DNA of 17,327 nt from Candidatus Latescibacterota bacterium (GCA_963791045.1 CAWBQK010000021.1:1-17327), one strand, 5' to 3'; shown: positions 1 through 8,296, counted from the stretch's first letter. Notes: a model not told the origin generated them from the sequence alone. Translations and numbers: made by a program.

Positions 1-1013
1 ATCATGGTCGTTTGCAGTTCTTTGTGTCCAAGGAGTTTCTGTACGGTCCGAATGTCATACCCGTCTTCGAGTAGGTGGGTGGCAAAGGAATGTCTGAAGG
101 TGTGACAGGTCGCTCGCTTGGAAATCCCCGACCGCCGAACCGCCTCTTTGACCGCCCTCTGAACGGCCGATTCGTGGAGGTGATGCCGACGAATTTCGCC
201 GGTGGACTCGTTGACCATGACCCCACGCGCAGAGAACAGATATTGCCACTGCCATTCGAGCCCGGCATTGGGAAACTTGACATCGAGCGCACCGGGCAAG
301 GTCACGGGAAACTCAACCATTCCACCGCGGAAGTTGCAGATACGACGACTTTCCTCGATCTGCTTTTCGATGTGCGGCCTCGCCGAACTCGGTAGAATAG
401 TAAACCGGTCCTTGTCCCCTTTCCCAGCCCGGACAACGAGCTGATTTCTTTCGAGATCGATATCCTTGATCCGAAGCTCGAGACACTCGAGAAGCCTCAA
501 GCCCGACCCGTACATGAGCGAGACGGCCAGATGCTTGACGCCGCCAAGTTCGGCCATAACACTCCGAACTTCATCTCGCGACATAACAACCGGCAGACGT
601 TTTGGCTTCTTCGCCCGAACAATGTTATCGACAAATCCGAGGTCCCTGCCGAGCACATTTTTGTACAGAAAGATGATCGCGCACAGCGCCTGGTTCTGGG
701 TCGACGCGCTCACGCGTCTTTTGACGGCGAGGTAGGTCAGAAATTCCCGGACATGGCCCTGACCGAGGAGAGTCGGATGTTTTTTGGAGTGAAAGAGGAT
801 GAATCGGCGGATCCACGAGACGTAAGTATCTTCAGTTCGATGGCTGTAGTGTTTGGCGCGGATTATTCGACGGACGCGTTCGAGTAGCTTGGGCCCACGA
901 AAAGTGGGCGGACGTGGTTCGGCGACGATCGCGGCGGGTTGGCCCGTCCGATAGAGGCCGTCGCCAAAAGACGCGGCATCGTTTGATGCGGACGAAGACA
1001 CAATATCTCCCAT
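1..1013 (-). CDS. intI: Integron integrase (tyrosine recombinase, IntI family), 3' end truncated by window edge
   Basis: Not in the ORF track. Manual translation from ATG at 1013 reads open to the window edge: ...PKLLERVRRIIRAKHYSHRTEDTYVSWIRRFILFH...VSASTQNQALCAIIFLY...LMYGSGLRLLECLELRIKDID...GKGDKDR...LPGALDVKFPNAGLEWQWQYLF...RRHHLHESAVQRAVK...HTFRHSFATHLLEDGYDIRTVQKLLGHKELQTTM. It has the tyrosine recombinase R, K, HxxR and H residues plus the IntI-specific insertion (LPxAL..K[YF]P...W..W...RRHH). The catalytic Tyr would fall just outside the window. GAGGGG lies upstream of the ATG. Confidence 0.93.
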   Translation of the reverse strand, partial: MGDIVSSSASNDAASFGDGLYRTGQPAAIVAEPRPPTFRGPKLLERVRRIIRAKHYSHRTEDTYVSWIRRFILFHSKKHPTLLGQGHVREFLTYLAVKRRVSASTQNQALCAIIFLYKNVLGRDLGFVDNIVRAKKPKRLPVVMSRDEVRSVMAELGGVKHLAVSLMYGSGLRLLECLELRIKDIDLERNQLVVRAGKGDKDRFTILPSSARPHIEKQIEESRRICNFRGGMVEFPVTLPGALDVKFPNAGLEWQWQYLFSARGVMVNESTGEIRRHHLHESAVQRAVKEAVRRSGISKRATCHTFRHSFATHLLEDGYDIRTVQKLLGHKELQTTM

Positions 1014-1039
1014 TTGCTGCAGCACCCCTCTATAGGAGA

Positions 1040-1068
1040 AGTGTAACCCTCAAAAGGGCCGCAGTCAA
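1040..1068 (-). promoter_or_regulatory. Putative sigma70 promoter of intI (Pint)
   Basis: Minus strand TTGACT (1068-1063), 17 bp spacer, TACACT (1045-1040), ending 26 nt before the intI ATG. Confidence 0.6.
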
Positions 1069-1079
1069 GGCCTCCCATG

Positions 1080-1145
1080 GCTTAACGTATTATTACTGTG
1101 TAGATTGCAAACTTTCTTTACACCCACTGTCCACATCGTTTACAC
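1080..1145 (-). other. Candidate attI recombination site
   Basis: Minus strand CAGTAAT-AATAC-GTTAAGC (1098-1080) has the 7-5-7 layout of the attI1 simple site (CCCTAAA-ACAAA-GTTRRRY) with a perfect GTTRRRY R box. Two GTGTAAA direct repeats (1145-1139, 1123-1117) lie upstream, reminiscent of attI DR1/DR2. attI sites are poorly conserved, so this is tentative. Confidence 0.35.
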
Positions 1146-1169
1146 AACCGGCGCAGAGAACGGCTGGAT

Positions 1170-1205
1170 ATTGACTTTTGTCAATCGAGTACCTGACAAT
1201 AGTCA
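1170..1205. promoter_or_regulatory. Tandem palindromic operator-like sites TGAC-N4-GTCA
   Basis: ATTGAC-TTTT-GTCAAT (1170-1185) and TGAC-AATA-GTCA (1194-1205); the cores are 22 bp apart. Confidence 0.4.
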
Positions 1206-1221
1206 CGAGTCAACGCCGTAA

Positions 1222-2241
1222 TTAGGCAATATCCACCACGATCGGCCTGTGGTCACTTGGCATTCGGTCCCGCGCCCCAGCAGACTTTGACGTATCAGTC
1301 TCGGCATCGAATTCGGCATGCGCCACCCGGGCGTTGGAAAACCGCCCACTAAGCGCCGGCGAGACCAGGACATGGTCGAGAAGAAGAGCCCGGTCGTCGA
1401 TTTCATCGACAAAGTCATCAAATCGCGCCGTAAAGAGTTCCGCCTGGGGAACGTTGCCAAGAAGGGTGTGCGTATACTGCCGGTCGGGACGATAGACACT
1501 CCCGAGGAGAATGTCCGCCACACTGTGCGTGAGATAATACTTTTCAAAGTAATCCACACCGGGGCCGTCATTGAAATCACCGGTGACGATGACATGCGGG
1601 TGTGTGTCCACCTCGTGAAGTGTGTTGAGGAAGTCGCGCGTGTGCATGGCCTCGGTGCTGATCCGCCGCCGGTTTTTGAGGGCCGCCTCGACAAACTCCT
1701 GCCGCCGTGTCTCGCTTTCCCACATTTCCTGGCCCCTGTTGACGTACTTGGATTTGGTGTGAAGTGTGACGATGCGAACGGTATCCGACCCTGTTCCGAT
1801 TTCACCATCGATGACGAGCGGACCACGGGTAAATTCGTACGACTCAAGCCGCCCATCCGCGTCGATGTCGGCCATCCACACATCGAGAAGCTCGACGGTG
1901 GCGGGGTCGTCGGCAAGACGCGCATTCTGAAATTCCCCACCGTTTTTTACGAGAACATAGACCTTTTGCGTGCGCCCATCGAAACCACCAAAGGGCTCGT
2001 AGAGCGGCGTGCCATTTGTATCGGAGAGGTGATCGTTGATAAAGAGCTGCATCTCGCGTATATCGCTCGGTCCTTCTTGAATGGTCAAGACATCCGGGTC
2101 AATCGACTTGATCACATTCGCGACACGAGCGACAAGAGCGTTAACGTCGTCAACACCACTGAGCGACGGCTTCCACTCGACGGCGCCACTGCCGACAAAC
2201 CAGTTGTTCATCCACTCAATATTCCAATCCATAACTTTCAT
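1222..2241 (-). CDS. Endonuclease/exonuclease/phosphatase (EEP, DNase I-like) family protein
   Basis: 339 aa with EEP motifs WNIEW, IQE, LHTK, GDFND, LLDHVLVS and SDHRPI. Strong RBS GGAGG upstream. No signal peptide. Confidence 0.9.
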   Translation of the reverse strand: MKVMDWNIEWMNNWFVGSGAVEWKPSLSGVDDVNALVARVANVIKSIDPDVLTIQEGPSDIREMQLFINDHLSDTNGTPLYEPFGGFDGRTQKVYVLVKNGGEFQNARLADDPATVELLDVWMADIDADGRLESYEFTRGPLVIDGEIGTGSDTVRIVTLHTKSKYVNRGQEMWESETRRQEFVEAALKNRRRISTEAMHTRDFLNTLHEVDTHPHVIVTGDFNDGPGVDYFEKYYLTHSVADILLGSVYRPDRQYTHTLLGNVPQAELFTARFDDFVDEIDDRALLLDHVLVSPALSGRFSNARVAHAEFDAETDTSKSAGARDRMPSDHRPIVVDIA

Positions 2242-2275
2242 TTTTTATTCCTCCGTTGAAATCATTAACGCCCCC

Positions 2276-2324
2276 AGAATCAACGTACAAAGTGATTCTA
2301 TTCCGCGCTCCCTGCAAAGTGCAA
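2276..2324 (-). promoter_or_regulatory. Putative promoter of the EEP gene with overlapping inverted repeat
   Basis: Minus strand TTGCAC (2324-2319), 18 bp spacer, TAGAAT (2300-2295). The inverted repeat AGAATCA-N10-TGATTCT (2276-2299) overlaps the -10 box and start region. Confidence 0.45.
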
Positions 2325-2532
2325 CGGCGACTCATCCCCGGAACGGAAAAACATTCTACGGTGTCACGCAATGTTGACACTCTTGCGCGAGGTGACAAAT
2401 ATATTTGACACAAAAAGGGCCACGATCGACGCCGAGAATCCATTTCGACTCCGGACGTTCCTCGTGACCCCTTGACTACGTAGTCACCAGCAACAGCATA
2501 TCAATACTATTATTGAGCGCCGCCGCGACGCA

Positions 2533-3381
2533 CTAATACTGATAGAAACCGTGACCGCTCTTACGGCCCAGTCGTCCCGCCGAAACCATTTTCTTCAGAA
2601 GCGGGCACGGCCGGTATTTGGTATCACCGAGATCCTGATGCAGGACTTCCATGATACTCAAGCAAATGTCGAGGCCGATAAGATCGGCGAGCGTGAGCGG
2701 CCCCATGGGATGCGCCATCCCAAGCTTCATGACTTCGTCGACGGCTTCGGGTGTCGCGACGCCTTCCATGACACAGTACACCGCTTCGTTGATCATCGGC
2801 ATGAGGATACGGTTCGCCACAAAGCCGGGGTAGTCGTTTACCTCGACGGGCGTCTTGCCGAGTTTCTGACACAGGTCGACGATGGCCGCCGTCGTGGCGT
2901 CATCGGTTTCGAGCCCGCGGATGATTTCAACGAGTTTCATCATCGGCACTGGGTTCATGAAGTGCATACCGATGTAACGCGACGGCTTTGTAACCGTGGC
3001 GGCAAGCGCCGTCACCGAAATCGACGACGTGTTTGTCGCGAGCAGAGTGTTTTCGTCAACGACCTCGTTGATCTTCTTCCACAGCTCGCCTTTTATACCG
3101 AGATCCTCGAAGATCGCTTCGACAACAAGCTGACAACCCTTCACGCCATCGATATCCGTCGTCGTTGTTATGCGGCCGAGGATAGCGTCTTTGTCCGCCG
3201 CCGTGATCTTCTCCTTTTTGACGAGTCTGTCGAGACTCTTGGCGACGGCCCCGACTCCCCTCTGGAGAAACTCATCCTTGATATCGATCATGGTGACATC
3301 GAAACCGTTCTGGGCAAATACCTGCGCAATACCATTTCCCATGGTTCCGGCGCCGATTACCGCTACTTTTTTGACTTCCAT
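2533..3381 (-). CDS. hbd: 3-hydroxybutyryl-CoA dehydrogenase
   Basis: 282 aa; Rossmann motif [52 protein letters not shown]. Confidence 0.93.
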   Translation of the reverse strand: MEVKKVAVIGAGTMGNGIAQVFAQNGFDVTMIDIKDEFLQRGVGAVAKSLDRLVKKEKITAADKDAILGRITTTTDIDGVKGCQLVVEAIFEDLGIKGELWKKINEVVDENTLLATNTSSISVTALAATVTKPSRYIGMHFMNPVPMMKLVEIIRGLETDDATTAAIVDLCQKLGKTPVEVNDYPGFVANRILMPMINEAVYCVMEGVATPEAVDEVMKLGMAHPMGPLTLADLIGLDICLSIMEVLHQDLGDTKYRPCPLLKKMVSAGRLGRKSGHGFYQY

Positions 3382-3409
3382 CTTTCCAACTCCCGTTTTT
3401 GCCGTTCGG

Positions 3410-4588
3410 TTACATGGAGATACTCATGGCAACGGCATTGCCGCCACCGAGACACAGCGACGCGAGGCCTTTTTTGGCGCCGCGTTTTTTCATCGCATGA
3501 ATCAAAGTGACGAGCACTCGCGCACCGGAACACCCAATGGGGTGACCGATCGCGACGGCGCCACCGTTCACGTTGACGCGTTCGGGGTCGAGCCCGAGTT
3601 CGCGCATGACGGCAACCGCCTGGACGGCAAAAGCCTCGTTCAGCTCGACGACCTCGTAGTCGTCGATCTTTTCGCCGGTTTTGGCCATGAGGTTCTGAAC
3701 CGCTTTGACCGGCGCCATCATGACCCACTCGGGATCCATGCCGCCGGTGGCGTACGCGTCTATATAAGCAAGAATCGGCAGGCCGAGCTCTTTGGCCTTG
3801 GTCTCGGATGTGACGAGAACCGCCGCGGCGCCGTCGTTAATCGTCGACGCGTTACCCGGCGTTACCGTCCCGTCTTTTTTGAAAGCAGCTCTTAGCTTCG
3901 CGAGCCCTTCGATTGTGGTGTCCGCGCGCGGACCTTCGTCGGTGTCGACGATGATGGGATCCTTTTTGCGCTGGGGAACAGACACGGGAAGGATTTCGTC
4001 CTTGAAGTCCCCGCGCTCGATCGCGGCCGCCGCTTTCAACTGACTACCAAGCGCATACTCGTCCTGCTCCTCGCGGGAGATTTTGTATTTTTCGGCAACG
4101 AGCTCACCGGTATTTCCCATATGGAAATCATTATAGATGTCCCAGAGCCCATCGTTGACCATACCGTCGACGAGTTTGCCGTTGCCGAGACGATATCCGC
4201 CTCGTGCGTCATAGAGCAGGTACGGCGTCGCCGTCATGTTCTCCATGCCGCCGGCGATGATCATGTTGGCGTCTCCGAGCTTGATCGCCTGGGCGGCGAA
4301 CATGACCGTCTTCAAACCCGAACCGCACACCTTGTTGACCGTCGTGGCCCCTTTGTCCGTCGGGACGCCGCCCCAAACGGCCGCCTGGCGCGCCGTGTTC
4401 TGGCCCTGCCCCGCCTGCAATACATGCCCCATCAATACTTCGTCGATCTCGTTGGGATCAACCTTGGTCTGGGCAATGATATCCTTGATAACCTCTGCGC
4501 CCAACCTGGACGCGGGAATGCTGGACAACCCACCCTGGAACCTGCCGACCGCCGTCCGGCGCGCGGCCACGATTACGGGCCTCTCCAT
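3410..4588 (-). CDS. atoB: Acetyl-CoA C-acetyltransferase (thiolase)
   Basis: 392 aa; NKVCGSG (catalytic Cys), [12 protein letters not shown] and CLGGG thiolase motifs; RBS AAGGAG. Confidence 0.93.
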   Translation of the reverse strand: MERPVIVAARRTAVGRFQGGLSSIPASRLGAEVIKDIIAQTKVDPNEIDEVLMGHVLQAGQGQNTARQAAVWGGVPTDKGATTVNKVCGSGLKTVMFAAQAIKLGDANMIIAGGMENMTATPYLLYDARGGYRLGNGKLVDGMVNDGLWDIYNDFHMGNTGELVAEKYKISREEQDEYALGSQLKAAAAIERGDFKDEILPVSVPQRKKDPIIVDTDEGPRADTTIEGLAKLRAAFKKDGTVTPGNASTINDGAAAVLVTSETKAKELGLPILAYIDAYATGGMDPEWVMMAPVKAVQNLMAKTGEKIDDYEVVELNEAFAVQAVAVMRELGLDPERVNVNGGAVAIGHPIGCSGARVLVTLIHAMKKRGAKKGLASLCLGGGNAVAMSISM

Positions 4589-4682
4589 ATCGAACTCCTT
4601 CCTCGTTCGTCGCTGCCTTCATCCCGGCGGTCCTCACCTGCCGGCAACCGGCAGCCGGTTACTTCCTCATTGTCATGTGCCG

Positions 4683-5825
4683 TTACGCACGAAGAATCTC
4701 ACGCGAAATAATGTGGCGCTGGATTTCACTCGTGCCCTCTCCGATTTCACAAACTTTGACATCCCGGTACATCCGCTCAACGGCGTACTCGGTTGTGTAT
4801 CCGTATCCGCCATGAATCTGGAGCGCTTTGTCGCAAACACGTGTGGCCATCTCCGAGGCGAACAACTTCGCCATGGATCCCTCGACGACATACGGTTTAT
4901 CCGCATCGCGAAGTTTACTCGCATGATGAACCATAAGCCGCGCCGCATGAATCTCGGTGGCCATGTTGGCGATCATGTGCTGAATCGCCTGAAACTTCGA
5001 AAGACTCTTACCAAATTGTTTACGGTCCTTCGAATACTGGACGGCTTCCTCATACGCTCCCTGTGCGATCCCGACCGCCATCGAAGCGATTGAGATGCGT
5101 CCGCCATGGAGCGTCTCCATGAAGGTCTTGAATCCGCTGCCCGTCCCGAGCTGGTTTTCCTTCGGCACTTCGCAGTCCTCGAGAACGATCTCGGCGGTGC
5201 AGGAGGCCCGGCAACCGAGCTTTTTCTCAATCGTTCCCACCTTCAAACCCGGGAAATCCTTCTCGAGAATAAAAGCGCTGATCCCGTCGACGCCCTTGCC
5301 GGGGTCTGTCCGCGCCGTCGCCACAAATGTGCTGGCAAAACCGCCGTTGGTAACATAGATCTTTGTGCCGTTGAGGATGAATTTGTCGCCCTTCAATTCG
5401 GCGCGCGTCTTCGTTCCCGCCGCGTCACTCCCCGCGTCCGGCTCGGTAAGACAGAACGACCCGATCGCCTCTCCGCTCGCCAGCGCCGGCAGGTACTTCT
5501 TTTTTTGTTCTTCGTTACCGGCCTTCAGGATCGGGGTCATGGCGAGCGAGTTGTGCGCGGCAACCCCAAGCCCCGTGGACGCACATGCCCGGGAGAGCTC
5601 CTCGATGACGATCGAATAACAGACCGTATCGACCCCCGCGCCGCCGTATTCGACCGGCACGGTAAGCCCCATAAACCCAACCTCAGCCATTTTCTTAAAC
5701 ATATCGAGCGGATACTCGGCCGCCTGATCGATCTCGTGTGCTATGGGCTTAAGTTCGCTGTCGGCGAACTTCCGCGCCATATCCTTTATCATTTCCTGTT
5801 CTTCGGTGAGCTCGAGCTCTAGCAT
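4683..5825 (-). CDS. Acyl-CoA dehydrogenase (short/branched-chain, butyryl-CoA dehydrogenase-like)
   Basis: 380 aa; FCLTEPDAGSDA, NGTKIYVTNG, RKQFGK, QIHGGYGY and IGEGTSEIQR (catalytic Glu in the SCAD-type position); RBS GGAGG. Confidence 0.92.
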   Translation of the reverse strand: MLELELTEEQEMIKDMARKFADSELKPIAHEIDQAAEYPLDMFKKMAEVGFMGLTVPVEYGGAGVDTVCYSIVIEELSRACASTGLGVAAHNSLAMTPILKAGNEEQKKKYLPALASGEAIGSFCLTEPDAGSDAAGTKTRAELKGDKFILNGTKIYVTNGGFASTFVATARTDPGKGVDGISAFILEKDFPGLKVGTIEKKLGCRASCTAEIVLEDCEVPKENQLGTGSGFKTFMETLHGGRISIASMAVGIAQGAYEEAVQYSKDRKQFGKSLSKFQAIQHMIANMATEIHAARLMVHHASKLRDADKPYVVEGSMAKLFASEMATRVCDKALQIHGGYGYTTEYAVERMYRDVKVCEIGEGTSEIQRHIISREILRA

Positions 5826-5957
5826 TCTCTCCTCCCTTTTCCAAACGCGCCCTCCGGGGGCGCCGCTGTGATAATCGGACTCCGTTTATAAACCATTTCT
5901 TTCGGGGGATTCGATCAATTCCCCGATTTCAATTCCCTATCCGTCACACTTGACTGC

Positions 5958-5991
5958 AAACAAAAAGCCGGATGACGCATAGTCTATCCGG
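5958..5991 (-). terminator. Rho-independent terminator after the B12-binding subunit gene
   Basis: Minus strand CCGGAT-A-GAC-TATGC-GTC-ATCCGG hairpin followed by CTTTTTGTTT, 5 nt after the stop at 5997. Confidence 0.6.
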
Positions 5992-5996
5992 TCCAA

Positions 5997-6401
5997 TCAA
6001 TTTGAATCTTTTTCGAAGAGCTTTCGAATATAGTCCGCGATGTCCCGCGTGTCCGTACCCGGACCAAATACTTCGCTGATCCCGATTTCTTTTAGCGCCC
6101 CCACATCGGCGTCGGGAATGATCCCGCCCCCCAATACGGGGACGTCGCCGAGACCACCTTCTTGCATGAGTTCAAGCACCCGTTTGAAGAGTGTCAGGTG
6201 CGCGCCCGACAGCACGCTCAGCGCGATCACGTCGACATCCTCCTGGGTCGCCGTTTCGACGATCATTTCGGGTGTCTGATGGAGCCCGGTGTAGATCACT
6301 TCCATCCCGGCGTCGCGAAGCGCGTTGGCCACGATTTTCGCACCGCGGTCGTGCCCATCGAGACCCGGCTTGGCCACGAGCACCTTAATCGGTTTCTGCA
6401 T
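5997..6401 (-). CDS. Cobalamin-binding small subunit of an acyl-CoA mutase (IcmB / methylmalonyl-CoA mutase C-terminal domain type)
   Basis: [10 protein letters not shown] (DxHxxG B12 motif), SVLSGAH, GGIIP and FGPGT. Start moved from 6467 to ATG 6401 (MQKPIKV, 134 aa) because GAGGA precedes it. Confidence 0.9.
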   Translation of the reverse strand: MQKPIKVLVAKPGLDGHDRGAKIVANALRDAGMEVIYTGLHQTPEMIVETATQEDVDVIALSVLSGAHLTLFKRVLELMQEGGLGDVPVLGGGIIPDADVGALKEIGISEVFGPGTDTRDIADYIRKLFEKDSN

Positions 6402-6489
6402 CCAATCCTCCTGGTCGCAGAGATCACGCGTATCGTGTTTTGCGGGATTCAAACACGTACGACACACGCCCGTGCGGTCGCTCGAACGA

Positions 6490-7458
6490 TCAGCGACCGC
6501 CCCCCTCTTCAGCCCGAATCGAAATGTGTTTGGAAATGGTGTCCGCCGCCTGATATGGCGACTGTTTGCCCGACACGACGTCTTCCAAGGCCCTCACGAG
6601 CTGACTCTTAATATACCCGTTTTCGTGAAATAATTCTCTTAGTTTTTCTTCGGCCAGGTGCGAAAGCCGGCGCTCGAGCGCCTCGACCCGCCTCGCCTCA
6701 AAACGGCCGTCCCCTTCGAGATACTCGCGGTGCTCGCGGATCGCGCGCACGAGCTCATCCACACCCTCGCCCGTGGTCCCTATCGTCGAGACGACAAGCG
6801 GTTTCCACCCCTCTCCTGTGGCCCGAAGCTCGATCATCGATTCGAGATCGTCGGCAAACCGGCCCGCCGCCGGCCTGTCGGCCTTGTTTATCGCAAAGAT
6901 CTCCCCCACTTCCATGAGCCCCGATTTGAGGCTCTGGACATCATCCCCCGCATCCGGTGTCAATACGACGATTGTGGTGTGTGCGCTGTAACGAATCCTG
7001 TACTCGAGCTGTCCAACACCGATTGTCTCGAGAAATACGACATCACGGCCAAAGGCATCGAGGACATCGCCGAGTTCGGTCGCCTTCTCGCTCAGGCCCG
7101 TCTCGTTCCCGCGGCTCGCGATGCTGCGGATGAACACACCCTTATCGCCGTGCGAATCGAGCATGCGCACGCGGTCGCCGAGAAGGGCGCCCCCCGAGAA
7201 CGGGCTCGTCGGATCCTCCGCCACCACACCAACGGTCGATCCGTCCTGCCGGTACCGGCGGATGAGCTGGTTGACGAGCGAACTCTTTCCCGCGCCGGTC
7301 AGCCCCGTCACACCAATCCGGTACGCGCGCCCCGTTTTTGGAAACAATTCATTAAGCACACCAATGGCGTCGTCGCCGCCACGCTCGACAATAGACATCA
7401 GCCGGGCTGCGGCGAGCGTGTCTCCCTGAAAAAACTTATCGAGGTACGATTTGTACAT
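6490..7458 (-). CDS. meaB: MeaB/ArgK-family G3E GTPase, chaperone of B12-dependent acyl-CoA mutases
   Basis: 322 aa; P-loop [37 protein letters not shown] and NKAD; adjacent to the mutase B12-binding subunit. Confidence 0.88.
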   Translation of the reverse strand: MYKSYLDKFFQGDTLAAARLMSIVERGGDDAIGVLNELFPKTGRAYRIGVTGLTGAGKSSLVNQLIRRYRQDGSTVGVVAEDPTSPFSGGALLGDRVRMLDSHGDKGVFIRSIASRGNETGLSEKATELGDVLDAFGRDVVFLETIGVGQLEYRIRYSAHTTIVVLTPDAGDDVQSLKSGLMEVGEIFAINKADRPAAGRFADDLESMIELRATGEGWKPLVVSTIGTTGEGVDELVRAIREHREYLEGDGRFEARRVEALERRLSHLAEEKLRELFHENGYIKSQLVRALEDVVSGKQSPYQAADTISKHISIRAEEGGGR

Positions 7459-7501
7459 ATTGTCTTGCCGTTATGCGGTTTCGGGCGCGGATGTATAGGG
7501 C

Positions 7502-7531
7502 ACCATAGCCCATTTTGGCAGGTTCTGTCAA
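7502..7531 (-). promoter_or_regulatory. Putative sigma70 promoter of the meaB operon
   Basis: Minus strand TTGACA (7531-7526), 18 bp spacer, TATGGT (7507-7502). Confidence 0.55.
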
Positions 7532-7608
7532 CGAGCTTTTTATTAAGGTACAGCCCTAACTGATTGTCGAGATGCATGTTACACAACTAGCACCAAATTC
7601 AACAAAAC

Positions 7609-7629
7609 GCCCTCCCCATCGGCAAACGG
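7609..7629 (+). repeat. Left arm of an inverted repeat flanking the lamin-tail gene
   Basis: GCCCTCCCCATCGGCAAACGG versus the reverse complement of 8323-8342 (GCCTGCCCCATCGGCAACGG); perfect 12-bp core CCCCATCGGCAA. Confidence 0.6.
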
Positions 7630-7648
7630 GCCGGGCGAAAATGGTCGA

Positions 7649-8296
7649 TTAGCCGTCGTAACGGTGCTTGATCGCGCCCCACGTGGCTCCCTTCACGGGA
7701 ACCTCAGGGATACACTCGTTGGCAAGTGCCGGCGTCGGAACGCATCCGTTCCCCAGCGGCGGCGTCTCACCCGAGTACGGGTTGAGCGCGTCGAAAACGA
7801 TCCACGCGCCCGGCGCGGGCGATGAACGCCCGGCGGCGCGATCGTCGGCGACCTCGTGCGTTAGATACGCGTACGAATCGGCGACGGTTGTATCGCCCCC
7901 CTCAACCCGGTAAAGGTAGACGGTATCCCCGGTATTGTTGAGACTCAGTCCCACGGCGGAGAAACCGTTCTCGGACTGCCACACCTGGGCGGCGGATCCG
8001 TAAACAAGAAGCACATCACCCGGAGCGAGCGAGCCATCAAATCCATATCGCCACGAGTAACCTCCGGAGAGATCGCCGAGCCGATACGCCGACAGGTCGA
8101 TACTCGACGTGCCCGCATTGATGATCTCCACCCATTCGTCCGCGCGACTCCCCACACTGCCGTCACCATCCCAATCCGAAGCGGGATCGGCGACGATCTC
8201 GTTCAAGAGTAGCTGCGCGGAACAATCTGTTGCCGGGATTGCAAACATTAACGCCACGGCCAAAGGAATGGCCGCAAAAAAGGCAACGTATCTCAT
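7649..8296 (-). CDS. Secreted lamin-tail-domain (LTD) protein with C-terminal TWGAIKxxY motif
   Basis: Hydrophobic N-terminal signal (MRYVAFFAAIPLAVALMFAIPATDCSA). LTD hallmarks LLNEI..DP, DEWVEIIN...IDLSAYRL, L.PG...LV, LNNTGDTVYL and PTP. Contains a DWDGDG Ca-binding-like loop and ends ...ATWGAIKHRYDG. The start is probably ATG 8296 (AGGAGG at 8311-8306) rather than GTG 8314. Confidence 0.82.
   Translation of the reverse strand: MRYVAFFAAIPLAVALMFAIPATDCSAQLLLNEIVADPASDWDGDGSVGSRADEWVEIINAGTSSIDLSAYRLGDLSGGYSWRYGFDGSLAPGDVLLVYGSAAQVWQSENGFSAVGLSLNNTGDTVYLYRVEGGDTTVADSYAYLTHEVADDRAAGRSSPAPGAWIVFDALNPYSGETPPLGNGCVPTPALANECIPEVPVKGATWGAIKHRYDG

Noticed and set aside
2-887. Short ORFs listed in the track at 2-887 on both strands
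   Set aside because: All overlap the intI reading frame, which explains the region fully.
1078-1165. dif/Xer-like site (GCTTAACGTAT or CGTTTACACAA resembling a XerD arm)
   Set aside because: No matching XerC arm at 6-bp spacing in either case.
1080-1227. attC site after the EEP gene (GCCTAAT ... GTTAAGC on the minus strand)
   Set aside because: The R'' box lacks the invariant AAC, the 148-bp span is at or above the usual upper size, and the interior does not form a continuous hairpin with L boxes.
5826-5957. Cobalamin riboswitch or other ncRNA upstream of the acyl-CoA dehydrogenase gene (hairpin near 5902-5926)
   Set aside because: There is only a single hairpin, and I could not identify a B12-box or other conserved riboswitch core; an Rfam search would be needed.
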